Made by a program: the position numbers and the translations under genes
Source of the DNA: Candidatus Limnocylindria bacterium
GTDB taxonomy: Bacteria; Chloroflexota; Limnocylindria; P2-11E
NCBI GenBank assembly: GCA_036001645.1
Contig: DASYUC010000045.1
Location: 14-64,013, forward strand
Length of the DNA: 64,000 bases
Reading direction: 5' to 3'
Notes under the pieces: generated by a model
Databases searched by the model: none
What the model was told of the DNA's origin: nothing
The model's input: the letters and a program-made list of their open reading frames with translations, nothing else
In this document: positions 32,954 through 41,653 of the stretch, in pieces
Position numbering within the stretch: position 1 is the stretch's first letter
Layout of the letters: each line of letters starts with the position of its first letter

Positions 32954-35943
32954 TGGAGACCCTCTTCACATTCGACCGGCAGCTGTTCGTCGCGATCGTG
33001 ACCGCGGTCTCCGGGAACGCACTGCTCGCCGCTCTTGCCGTCGCGGTGGCGTACCTCAACTGGAACGCGATCGTCTGGTGGATCGCGGGCGCGCTCGCGG
33101 CGCGCGCGCGGGGGTGGGGACGACGCGGGATGTGGGGCGCCCTCACCGTCTATCTCGGACTGTGCGACGCCTGGCTCGTCGCCGAGCTGCTGAAGCTGGT
33201 GGTCCGGCGCCCGCGCCCGTTCACGGTCGTCCTCGACCTTCCAGCGACGCTCGTCACCGAGCCCACGACCTTCTCGTTCCCATCGGGTGACACGGCGTTC
33301 GCGTTCGGCGCGGCCGTCGCCCTCGGTCACGTCGCGCCCGCCTGGCGCTTGCCGGCGCTGCTCTTCGCGGTCGCGGTCGCGTTCGAGCGCGTCGCCGTCG
33401 GAGTGCACTACCCGCTCGACGTGACCGCCGGCGCGCTGATCGGCACGGTGTCCGGGCTCAGCGCGCCGTTCGCCGTCGCGCTGCTGCGGCGCCGCGCGCG
33501 GTGGCGCGCGTTCGTCGTGCCGCACACGCACTGGGACCGCGAGTGGTACGAGCGCTTCGAGGGCTATCGCGCGCGACTCGTGCCGATGGTGTCGAAGCTC
33601 CTCGATCTTCTCGAGCGCGACAGCGCGTTCCGGTCGTTCACGTTCGACGGTCACAGCATCTGGGCCGAGGACTATCTCGAGATGCGGCCCGCCGATCGGC
33701 CGCGCTTGGAGGCGCTCGTACGCGCGGAGCGTCTCTTCATCGGGCCGTGGTACGTGCTCGCCGACAACCTGCTCGTCTCGGGCGAGTCGCTGCTTCGGAA
33801 TTTCCAGGAGGGCCTGCGCGTCTCCGCGTCGTTCGGACGCGCGACGCGGGTCGGCTATGTGGCGGATCCCTTCGGCCATCCGGCGCAGACGCCGCAGCTC
33901 CTGCGCGGCTTCGGCTACAGCAGCTACATCTTCTCGCGCGGCGTCGGGGACGAGGGCGAGCGCGTCGGCGCGGAGTTCCGCTGGCAGGCGCCCTCGGGCG
34001 ACCGCGTTCTCGCGACGCATCTCGTCGACCACTACTCCGGCGGTCTTCAACTGGTCGGCGATCTCGCCGAGACGCCGCAGCAGCTTCGCGCGCGGCTCCG
34101 TCGACGGCTGCGCCGGCTGTTCGACGTGACGACCGCTTACGCGAATGGCTCGACGCTCCTCTTCATGGTCGGCGACGATCACGTCGACGCGTACCCGCGG
34201 CTGCCGGAGGCAGTCAGCGTCCTGCACGAGCTGACCCCGAGCATCGAGGTCCGCATCACGAGCCTCGAGGAGTACGAGGCCGCCGTTGCCCAGCCGAGCG
34301 GGACCGTCGTCGGCGAGATGGTGCGCGGCCGGTACCGGCCCATCCTCCGCGGCGTCAACTCCACGCGGGTATGGATCAAACAGGAGAACGTCGCGTGCGA
34401 GCGGCTGCTGCTCGAGCGCTGCGAGCCGTTCGACGCCCTCACCGGCGGCGTCGCCAGCGACGAGGTGCGCTCGCTTTGGCGCACGCTCCTGCAGAACCAT
34501 CCGCACGACTCGATCTGTGGCTGCTCGATCGACGCCGTGCACGACGTCGACATGGCGCCGCGTTTCGCGCGCGTCCGCACCGATGGCGAGGCGCTGGCCA
34601 CGCGTCTCGCGCGCGAGCTCGGCGGTCGTGGGAACGCAGCGGTCGTGTGGAGCGCGGTGCCCTGGGAGCGTGACGCGGTCGTCGCGCTCGACGGCCGACC
34701 CACCCGCGTGCGCTGCGCCGCGCTGGGCACGGCGCCGGCGCGCCGGGCCGACGGCGCGGGCGTCTCGTCCCCGGAGGACGGCGTGATCGAGAACGAAGCG
34801 TTCCGCGTCGAGGTCGCGCTGGACGGCTCCTTCGCGGTCATCGACCGCGTGAGCGGCGAGCGCTCCGGTCCGCATGGAGCTCTGCTCGACGAGGGCGACC
34901 GGGGGGACGAATACACCTATTCATATGCGGGCCCGACGCTCGGGTCGCGCGATCTCGCCGGCACGCGGCGCACCGAGGTCAGCGGCGACCGCGCCACCGT
35001 GACGATCGCCCTCGAGCTCCCGCTACCCGCGGGCCTGCGCGAGGACCGGCTGGCGCGCACGCCCGAGCTTGTGTCGTGCGCCGTGCGAAGTGAGATCTCG
35101 CTCGACGCCGGCGCACGCCGCGTCGACGTCCGGGTCGTCGTCGACAACCAGGCGCGCGATCACCGGCTGCGCGTTCTGTGCGAGACCGGAACGCGCTCCC
35201 TCACTCACGTCGCGGGCGCCGCGTTCGTCTGGCTCGAACGCGAAACGCGTGTCGCGCCGCGCCCAGGTTGGATCGAGCAGCCGACCCCCGAGCGCGCCGT
35301 GCACGATCTCGTCGCCGTCGAGGGCGCGACACGCGGCCTCGCGGTCGGCGTCGATGGCCTTCGCGAGTACGCGGTGCTCCACGACGGACGCACGATCGCG
35401 ATCACGCTCGTGCGTGCTGTCGGCTTCCTCTCGCGCGGCGACCTCCCGGAACGCAAGGGCCACGCGGGACCAGCGCTCGCGACACCGAGCGCGCAGTGCA
35501 TCGGCGAGCGCGAGTACCGCTACTGCGTCGTTCCGCTCGGCGGCGAGAGCACGCTGCCGCGTGCGGCGCGCGCGATCCGCGAGTGGCTGTCGCCGGCGTG
35601 GGCGGAGCGCGGGGATGAGGCTGTGCGCTCCTTCTATTCGGTGGAGGGCGATCCTGCGGTGCAGCCTTCGGCGCTGCGCGCGGGTCCCGACGGCGCGATC
35701 GTCGCGCGTCTCTTCAATCCCTCCGGCGAGTCGGCGTCCGCGACGCTCCGCTTCGCGCGCCGTGCCCTCGAGGCGCGCGCCGTCGATCTGCGCGAGGGCG
35801 ATCTCGCGCTCGGTAATACCGGTCTCGACATCGTCCGGACAGCGGCACCGCCCGACATCGTCGATCGCACGGTCGCGATCCGCCTCGCGCCCTACGAGAT
35901 CGGAACGTACCTTGTGCGTCTCGCACCGCACGAGCGCGACTAG
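32953..35943 (+). CDS. Fusion protein: N-terminal membrane PAP2 phosphatase domain + GH38 alpha-mannosidase
   Basis: The PAP2 motifs are KLVVRRPRP, PSGD (His replaced by Asp) and RVAVGVHYPLD. The GH38 part starts FVVPHTHWDREWY, followed by DGHS, GPWY and DPFGH, and runs ~800 aa. The ATG at 32953 overlaps the DedA stop (TGATG). Confidence 0.85.
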   Translation: METLFTFDRQLFVAIVTAVSGNALLAALAVAVAYLNWNAIVWWIAGALAARARGWGRRGMWGALTVYLGLCDAWLVAELLKLVVRRPRPFTVVLDLPATLVTEPTTFSFPSGDTAFAFGAAVALGHVAPAWRLPALLFAVAVAFERVAVGVHYPLDVTAGALIGTVSGLSAPFAVALLRRRARWRAFVVPHTHWDREWYERFEGYRARLVPMVSKLLDLLERDSAFRSFTFDGHSIWAEDYLEMRPADRPRLEALVRAERLFIGPWYVLADNLLVSGESLLRNFQEGLRVSASFGRATRVGYVADPFGHPAQTPQLLRGFGYSSYIFSRGVGDEGERVGAEFRWQAPSGDRVLATHLVDHYSGGLQLVGDLAETPQQLRARLRRRLRRLFDVTTAYANGSTLLFMVGDDHVDAYPRLPEAVSVLHELTPSIEVRITSLEEYEAAVAQPSGTVVGEMVRGRYRPILRGVNSTRVWIKQENVACERLLLERCEPFDALTGGVASDEVRSLWRTLLQNHPHDSICGCSIDAVHDVDMAPRFARVRTDGEALATRLARELGGRGNAAVVWSAVPWERDAVVALDGRPTRVRCAALGTAPARRADGAGVSSPEDGVIENEAFRVEVALDGSFAVIDRVSGERSGPHGALLDEGDRGDEYTYSYAGPTLGSRDLAGTRRTEVSGDRATVTIALELPLPAGLREDRLARTPELVSCAVRSEISLDAGARRVDVRVVVDNQARDHRLRVLCETGTRSLTHVAGAAFVWLERETRVAPRPGWIEQPTPERAVHDLVAVEGATRGLAVGVDGLREYAVLHDGRTIAITLVRAVGFLSRGDLPERKGHAGPALATPSAQCIGEREYRYCVVPLGGESTLPRAARAIREWLSPAWAERGDEAVRSFYSVEGDPAVQPSALRAGPDGAIVARLFNPSGESASATLRFARRALEARAVDLREGDLALGNTGLDIVRTAAPPDIVDRTVAIRLAPYEIGTYLVRLAPHERD

Positions 35944-36131
35944 CGATTAGCGCGACGCGTCGTGAATTAGTCGACGTGGATTTCGCGCGGTCTATCTTCG
36001 TCGCGGCTTAATTTCTGCGCGTAATCCCTGCGACACGTCTGACAACAGGTCCGGTACTGCCCTGTTACCCCGAACGTCCTACCGCGCCTTAGTACGTATG
36101 GCATCAGGTCCAGTTTGGCGGAGGTGGGAGC

Positions 36132-36605
36132 GTGGACTGGATTCGGAGCCTACGCGCGTCGATCCGTGCGTTCGTTGTTGCCATCGTCATCACGATCGCC
36201 TTGTCGGCGCCTGCCGACGCCGCGCCAAAGTGGTGTGAGGCCGACCCGATCATCCACATCCACGGCAGCTGGGCGCAGATCGTCACGAAGTTCGACATGT
36301 CGTATCTCGCGACGATCACGGGCCCGCTGGCCTACGACGTCTATGTCCCCGACTTCGCGTACGCCTACACCTCCGTCGAGCTGCCGCCGTCACCGGTGGC
36401 CCGGACCGTAAGCGTTCATTCGCTTCCGCCGGAGTACTGGCCTGATTGGTCGTCGCCCGACAAGGTCAAGCTCGAAGTGCGCCTCTTCGTGCCAGCAACG
36501 GCGAACTTCCGGACCGTGTCGGACGTCACCGGAAGCATCAGGAAGGGCTTCCAGGTCCGGAGCGCGTCGAACACGCTGACCGTGTTCGCGATCTCGCTGC
36601 ATTAG
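36132..36605 (+). CDS. Secreted hypothetical protein (157 aa), no recognised family
   Basis: GGAGG lies 7 nt upstream of the GTG at 36132. The signal peptide is AIVITIALSAPADA-APK. The body looks beta-rich. The stop is immediately followed by the HD-GYP gene start. Confidence 0.6.
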   Translation: MDWIRSLRASIRAFVVAIVITIALSAPADAAPKWCEADPIIHIHGSWAQIVTKFDMSYLATITGPLAYDVYVPDFAYAYTSVELPPSPVARTVSVHSLPPEYWPDWSSPDKVKLEVRLFVPATANFRTVSDVTGSIRKGFQVRSASNTLTVFAISLH

Positions 36606-37880
36606 GTGCTGGGAATGGGCGCTCTCCGTCGATCACTGCGGGCCTACGTTCTGATCGTGATCGCGGCGGGCGCGGCCGCGCCGCTGCTCGCTGCTTTCGC
36701 AGTGCCGCCGGGTCCGCCTGGCGAGCTCTGGCTGACCGCCGTCCTACTGGCCGCGACGGCGTTCGCTCAGGTGCGGCCGGTGTATCTCGGACCAAAGCTC
36801 AAGCTCACCGTTGAAGATGCCGCGACGTACGCGGCCGCCCTCACGCTGCACCCACTCGGTGCGGTCGCGATCGCGGGCCTCGGGACCCTCTTCGGCCTGC
36901 GCTTCGCGCGCAGGTCCAGCTGGTACAACCGCGGCTTCAACGTCGCCGTCGTCGTGCTCGGGACGGGTGCCGCGGCCGTTGTCTATGGCGGGCTCGACCG
37001 CGGAGGTGGCGGCGTGGATGCCTATGCAGCCGTCGCGGCGATGCTCGCGAAGTTCGTGGTCGAGAACACCCTCGTCGACCTTGCCGTTGCTCTGCAGCTT
37101 CACCGCTCTCCGCTGACGGCATGGTGGCAGACGCACCGCGAAGCCATCCCGCATCACGTCGCGCTCTACATCATCGGGTTCCTCGCCGCTGTATCGCTGC
37201 GCAGTCACCTGTGGGCGATCGCGTTGTTCCTCGCGCCGGTCGGCATCGTGTACTTCGCGCTGCGCGACGTCGCGCGGATGCGCCAGCAGACGCGTGACTC
37301 GATCGTCGCGCTGGCGGACATGATCGACTTGAGAGACGCCTACACGCATGGGCATTCGCAGCGCGTGGCCGAATACGCCCGACAGCTCGCGCGCGAGCTC
37401 CGGCTGAGCTCCGGAGAGACCGAGCTGATCCATGAGGCCGCGCGCGTCCACGACATCGGGAAGATCGGCACGGCCGATCAGTTCCTTCTCAAGCCCGGGC
37501 CGCTCGACGAAGACGAGAAGCAGGAGATGCGCCGACACGCCCAGCTCGGCTACAAGCTCCTCAAGCGGATACCGGAGTTCGCGGCCGGGGCTGAGCTCGT
37601 GCTCAGCCATCACGAGCGTGTCGACGGTTCGGGTTATCCGCGCGGTCTACGCGGCGAAGAGCTGCCGATCGAAGCACGCGTCATTGCCGTCGCCGACGCA
37701 TATGACGCGATGACCACGGACCGTCCATACCGCCGGGCGATGTCGTGGGAGAGCGCGCGCGCCGAGCTGCGCGGTGGGGCGGGAACGCAGTGGGACGCCG
37801 GCGTCGTTGACGCCTTCATCGGGATGATCGACCGAGAGCGCACGACGGAGCGGGTTGCGCTCACGCCGGCGCGTGCCTGA
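36606..37880 (+). CDS. Polytopic membrane HD-GYP domain protein (cyclic-dinucleotide phosphodiesterase family)
   Basis: The N-terminal ~230 aa contain multiple TM helices. The catalytic part reads HGHSQRVA...HDIGKI...SHHERVDGSGYPRGL...IAVADAYDAMTTDRPYR. The start could be GTG at 36606 or ATG at 36615. Confidence 0.85.
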   Translation: MLGMGALRRSLRAYVLIVIAAGAAAPLLAAFAVPPGPPGELWLTAVLLAATAFAQVRPVYLGPKLKLTVEDAATYAAALTLHPLGAVAIAGLGTLFGLRFARRSSWYNRGFNVAVVVLGTGAAAVVYGGLDRGGGGVDAYAAVAAMLAKFVVENTLVDLAVALQLHRSPLTAWWQTHREAIPHHVALYIIGFLAAVSLRSHLWAIALFLAPVGIVYFALRDVARMRQQTRDSIVALADMIDLRDAYTHGHSQRVAEYARQLARELRLSSGETELIHEAARVHDIGKIGTADQFLLKPGPLDEDEKQEMRRHAQLGYKLLKRIPEFAAGAELVLSHHERVDGSGYPRGLRGEELPIEARVIAVADAYDAMTTDRPYRRAMSWESARAELRGGAGTQWDAGVVDAFIGMIDRERTTERVALTPARA

Positions 37881-37904
37881 CATGGCGATTTGGGGGTGAG
37901 CGGG

Positions 37905-39614
37905 ATGGACAAGATGGAACGGTGGGCTGGAGCGCTTGCGAGGTGGGCGGTGGTCGCGCTCTGCGCGGTCCTCGTCTTTACCTCGATGGCGCTGGCGGCC
38001 GAAGCACGATCGTATGACCCCGACAAGATCGATCCGCTCCTCGCGCAGCAAGCAACCGCGGATCCCGATCGCGAGTTCTCCGTGATCGTTCGGGTGCAGG
38101 CCGCACGCTCGACGCGCGCCGCTGAACGCTCCGCGCGCGCACGCGAGGCGGTCCGACAGCAGGGTGGCACAGCGAAGTTCTCCCTTGGCATCGTCGGCGG
38201 CGAGGCCGCGCGCGTGACGGGACGCGCGGCTTTGGCGCTGACCCGAAACCACGAGGTCGACTACGTCTTCCGCGACGCGCCGATCAGCGCGACGTTCGAT
38301 CCGGTCGCTGACGCCGAGAAAGTCGTCAGTCCCGCCGTGACCCTCACCTACGCGAACTACGCCTGGTCGTACCTCAACATCTGCGGGCGCGGTGTCACCG
38401 TCGCGGTCGTCGATAGCGGCGTGCACGCGCACGCCGACCTCGCCGGCCGGATCGTCGCGGCGGCCGATTTCACCCAAGACCCCGCCGTGTTCTCGAGCAC
38501 TCCGCTCGGCGATCCGGGTGGCCATGGCACGCACGTGGCCGGTCTTGTCGCCGGCGACGGGGCGTCGTCCGCAGCCGCTTACATGGGCGTCGCTCCCTGC
38601 TCGCGGATCATCGATGTGCGCGTCCTCGACGCGTACGGCCGTTCCAGCACGTCGACGGTCCTGCGCGGCCTGCAATGGGTCCTCGCGAATCGCGTGACCT
38701 ACGGCATCCGTGTGGTGAACCTTTCGTTCGGCGCGCAGGTCGGCAGCTCCTATCGCCGCGACCCGCTCTCGGTCGCAGCGGAGGCCCTGGTCTTCGCCGG
38801 CCTCAATGTCGTCGCCGCGGCGGGCAACGGCGGACCGGCGAGCGAGACCATCGTCGCGCCGGCGAACGACCCCTTCGTCCTTGCTGTCGGCGCCTTTGAC
38901 GATGCGGGCACGCCGAGGCCGAAGGACGACACGATCGCCACATTCTCCGGACGCGGCCCGTCGAAATTCGATAGCCTCGCGAAGCCCGATCTCGTCGCTC
39001 CCGGTCGGAAGGTCGTGAGCCTGCTGTCGCCCGGCAGCACGCTGGCCGTCCAGTACCCCGACCGACTGGTCAGCGCGGCTGGTGCGACGGTCCCGCAGTA
39101 TTTCCGCCTCTCCGGCACGTCGATGGCGGCGCCCCTCGTCTCGGGTCTGATCGCGCTCCTTCTCGAGAAGGAGCCGACCCTCACACCGTTCCAGGTCAGG
39201 TACCGCATGAAGATCGGTGTCCGGAAGCTCGAGAGGATTGCCCCCTTTGACGCGGGCGCCGGCCTGGCGACCGCGGCACCGCTCTGGTACACCGACTACA
39301 CCGCACAGGTCGTCGCCAGCCCGCTCGCCGACGCGTTCGCGGAGGACCTGTACTCGTCGTTCTACGGTCAGCCGATCCAGTGGCGGTCGAACGGCTACAA
39401 CGGCGGGGTCGACTCGACCGGCCAGGAGTGGCCGCAGATCACCTGGGACAACATCGCGTGGGACAGCATCTCCTGGGAGAACATCGCCTGGGAGCGCTTC
39501 AGCTGGGAGAACATCGCCTGGGAGAACATCGCCTGGGAAAACATCGGCGGTGGCATCGACGGCGGGGGCCAGCTCACGAACGTCACCAACCTGCGCTGGC
39601 AGCTGGTGGACTGA
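37905..39614 (+). CDS. Secreted subtilisin-family (S8) serine peptidase with I9-like propeptide and C-terminal WENIA pentapeptide repeats
   Basis: A signal peptide is present. The catalytic triad contexts are VAVVDSGV, HGTHVAGLVAG and SGTSMAAPLVSG. The C-terminus is ITWDNIAWDSISWENIAWERFSWENIAWENIAWENIGGG. Confidence 0.9.
   Translation: MDKMERWAGALARWAVVALCAVLVFTSMALAAEARSYDPDKIDPLLAQQATADPDREFSVIVRVQAARSTRAAERSARAREAVRQQGGTAKFSLGIVGGEAARVTGRAALALTRNHEVDYVFRDAPISATFDPVADAEKVVSPAVTLTYANYAWSYLNICGRGVTVAVVDSGVHAHADLAGRIVAAADFTQDPAVFSSTPLGDPGGHGTHVAGLVAGDGASSAAAYMGVAPCSRIIDVRVLDAYGRSSTSTVLRGLQWVLANRVTYGIRVVNLSFGAQVGSSYRRDPLSVAAEALVFAGLNVVAAAGNGGPASETIVAPANDPFVLAVGAFDDAGTPRPKDDTIATFSGRGPSKFDSLAKPDLVAPGRKVVSLLSPGSTLAVQYPDRLVSAAGATVPQYFRLSGTSMAAPLVSGLIALLLEKEPTLTPFQVRYRMKIGVRKLERIAPFDAGAGLATAAPLWYTDYTAQVVASPLADAFAEDLYSSFYGQPIQWRSNGYNGGVDSTGQEWPQITWDNIAWDSISWENIAWERFSWENIAWENIAWENIGGGIDGGGQLTNVTNLRWQLVD
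39444..39548 (+). repeat. Seven tandem 15-bp coding repeats (TGGGAGAACATCGCC consensus) encoding W-(E/D)-(N/S/R)-(I/F)-(A/S/G)
   Basis: The repeat was read directly. TGG recurs at 39444, 39459, 39474, 39489, 39504, 39519 and 39534, inside the 3' end of the S8 peptidase gene. Confidence 0.9.
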
Positions 39615-40978
39615 TGAATACCCAGAAAGAGTCCCCCCTGACGACGCCGTTCATCGCTGCGGTCGGTTTCCTGGGCTGCGCCGCCCTCGCGTACAGCATC
39701 GTCGCGCTGCCCGAGCGCGTCGACCCGCTGATGGTGATCACGTTGTTGGTGGTCGCCGCGTTCGCGCAGCGAACCCCGGTGATGCTGTTCCGCTCGAGCT
39801 CCATCTCGGTGGCTTTTGCTGCGACCATCGCCTGTTACGTCCTCTACGGTCCGGCGCTGGCTATTTGGGTCAACCTCATGTCCGCCGTGGTGAACTCGTT
39901 CATGCCGAAGCCCAAGCCGACGCGCAAGATCATCTTCAATCTCGGGAGCTTCACCGTCTCCGCCTTCGTCGCCGCGAACGTCTACATGCTTGCCGGCGGC
40001 GCGGTGCCGCCCGTGGACATGACGCGCTCGCTGCTGGCGGTGCTGGTGTCGGCCGCCGCCTACTTCCTCTGCGGAAGCGCCCTGACCGCGACCATCGTGG
40101 CGCTCACGACGCAGGACGCCTTCCTGCGCGTCTGGCGCGCGAATTACTCCTGGCTGCCGCTGCACTACCTAGCGATCGCCGCGAATGGCGCCGCGCTTGC
40201 GCTCGCGTACCAGGCGCTCGGGCTTACCGGCGCCTTTGTCTTCGTGCTTCCGCTCGTTCTCGCGTGGTACTCCCTGCGCCAGTACATGGCGCGGTCGACC
40301 GAGGTGCGCGCGCGCGTCGCGGATCTCAGTGAAGAGAATCGGGTGCTGCAGCTCACCAACGAGCGGCTGGAACAGGCGCGTCTGATCTCCCTCGTCACGT
40401 TGCTCGGCGAGCTGCGCAACGACAAGCCCGACCTTGACCATCTTGCGGCAACCTACCCGGCGATCGCTGTCGCACGCGCGCTGCGATTGTCGGACGAGGA
40501 TGTGTCCGCCGTGCATCTCGGCACGCTGCTTCACGACATCGGCAAGATCGTGGTGCCGGAGGACGTTCTCACGAAACGAGACGCGCTCACGGACGACGAG
40601 TGGAGTCGGATCCGCACGCATCCAGCCGTCGGCGCGGACCTCGTGTCCCGCGTTCCAATGCTGCGCAACATCCGCCCGATCGTCCTGTCGCACCACGAGC
40701 GCTACGACGGGACGGGTTATCCAGCGGGTCTGGCTCGCGATCAGATACCGGTGGGCGCTCGCATCATTGCCGTCGCCGACGCCTACGAAGCAATGACGTC
40801 GATGCGTCCGTACCGGAGCGCCCTCACGGCGCGAGATGCGATAGGGGAGCTTCGCGCTGCCGCCGGGAGCCAGCTCGATCCTGAGATCGTCGAGAGATTC
40901 ATCGAAGTGATCGAGCAGAAGCAGAGACCAGCGACGGCCCAGGACAGCGTGGCAGCCGCGGCTCCGACCCTAAGCTGA
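39614..40978 (+). CDS. Polytopic membrane HD-GYP domain protein, paralogue of 36606-37880
   Basis: The ATG overlaps the S8 stop (TGATG). It has a TM-rich N-terminus sharing AAFAQ..PV with the first copy. The catalytic part reads HDIGKI...SHHERYDGTGYPAGL...IAVADAYEAMTSMRPYR. Confidence 0.85.
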   Translation: MNTQKESPLTTPFIAAVGFLGCAALAYSIVALPERVDPLMVITLLVVAAFAQRTPVMLFRSSSISVAFAATIACYVLYGPALAIWVNLMSAVVNSFMPKPKPTRKIIFNLGSFTVSAFVAANVYMLAGGAVPPVDMTRSLLAVLVSAAAYFLCGSALTATIVALTTQDAFLRVWRANYSWLPLHYLAIAANGAALALAYQALGLTGAFVFVLPLVLAWYSLRQYMARSTEVRARVADLSEENRVLQLTNERLEQARLISLVTLLGELRNDKPDLDHLAATYPAIAVARALRLSDEDVSAVHLGTLLHDIGKIVVPEDVLTKRDALTDDEWSRIRTHPAVGADLVSRVPMLRNIRPIVLSHHERYDGTGYPAGLARDQIPVGARIIAVADAYEAMTSMRPYRSALTARDAIGELRAAAGSQLDPEIVERFIEVIEQKQRPATAQDSVAAAAPTLS

Positions 40979-41081
40979 CGACCTCGCGCAAACGCGGTAC
41001 CTCGTTTTGGTCGGCTGTGTCACGCGAACGTGTGACGCGCGAGGGACAGACACGAGGCGGCGGCCGCCGTAACGTCGGCGC

Positions 41082-41609
41082 ATGCATCGGACCCTTCCGC
41101 TCGCGCTGATCCTGCTCGCTGTCGTCGCCACGCCCGCCGCGGCCGATGACGATCGCACGCACTTCCGTCGCACCACGCCGCGCGCGTCGCTCGAACAGGC
41201 CGCGGACACGTTCACGCTCGGCGTCCCGTCGGGCCGCGCCTGGGGTATCGAGAGCGAGCTCCGTCCACTGCCACAGGAGCGGGCGCTCGCAGTCCGCCTG
41301 AGCGTCACCGACGACGAGGTGCGCGAGGCCTTCGCCCGGGTCGCCTACTACGCGAGCGCGACCGGGCGCCCTCGGCAGATCGCCGTGGCCGACAGCGAGG
41401 CCGTCGCGGCCGGCGAGGGCCGCCTCGTCCTCATAGCGCTCGACCCGCCGCCCGGCGCGGTCGCTTATCGGGTCCGCGTCCTGGCCCGGCTGCGCGCCGG
41501 CGCCGAACGCTCGGATAACGACGCGATCCGGGCCCGCGTGGCGGTGATCTATCGGGCTGCGACGCGGTTCGGCTCCTTGTTCTCCCGCCTGCTCCCGGAC
41601 GGGCCGTGA
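41082..41609 (+). CDS. Secreted hypothetical protein (175 aa)
   Basis: The signal peptide is MHRTLPLALILLAVVATPAAA. No family was recognised. Confidence 0.55.
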   Translation: MHRTLPLALILLAVVATPAAADDDRTHFRRTTPRASLEQAADTFTLGVPSGRAWGIESELRPLPQERALAVRLSVTDDEVREAFARVAYYASATGRPRQIAVADSEAVAAGEGRLVLIALDPPPGAVAYRVRVLARLRAGAERSDNDAIRARVAVIYRAATRFGSLFSRLLPDGP

Positions 41610-41653
41610 CCCCTCCCCCTGGGCCGCTCGTCGCTCGCCTAGACTCAGCGCGA

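Noticed and set aside
32887-34875. A 662-aa minus-strand ORF, plus several 300-400-aa ORFs in other frames across 33.5-35.9 kb.
   Set aside because: They overlap the GH38 mannosidase frame, which has the HTHWDREWY, GPWY and DPFGH motifs. The alternatives are low-complexity and Arg-rich.
35944-36131. A less GC-rich 190-bp gap considered as a mobile-element or genomic-island boundary, or as a riboswitch.
   Set aside because: There is no integrase, transposase, tRNA or flanking direct repeats. Only short hairpins are present (AACAGG..CCTGTT). I could not recognise any c-di-GMP or other riboswitch consensus. It is most simply a promoter region.
39444-39548. Tandem direct repeats considered as a possible CRISPR array or minisatellite. 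The same question applies to 58984-59085 and 8818-8900.
   Set aside because: The units are 12-51 bp with no spacers, are in frame, and lie inside well-supported CDSs. They encode peptide repeats, not CRISPR repeats.
40985-41012. A possible terminator after the second HD-GYP gene (CGCG-CAAA-CGCG followed by TCGTTTT).
   Set aside because: The stem is only 4-5 bp, which is too weak to call with confidence.
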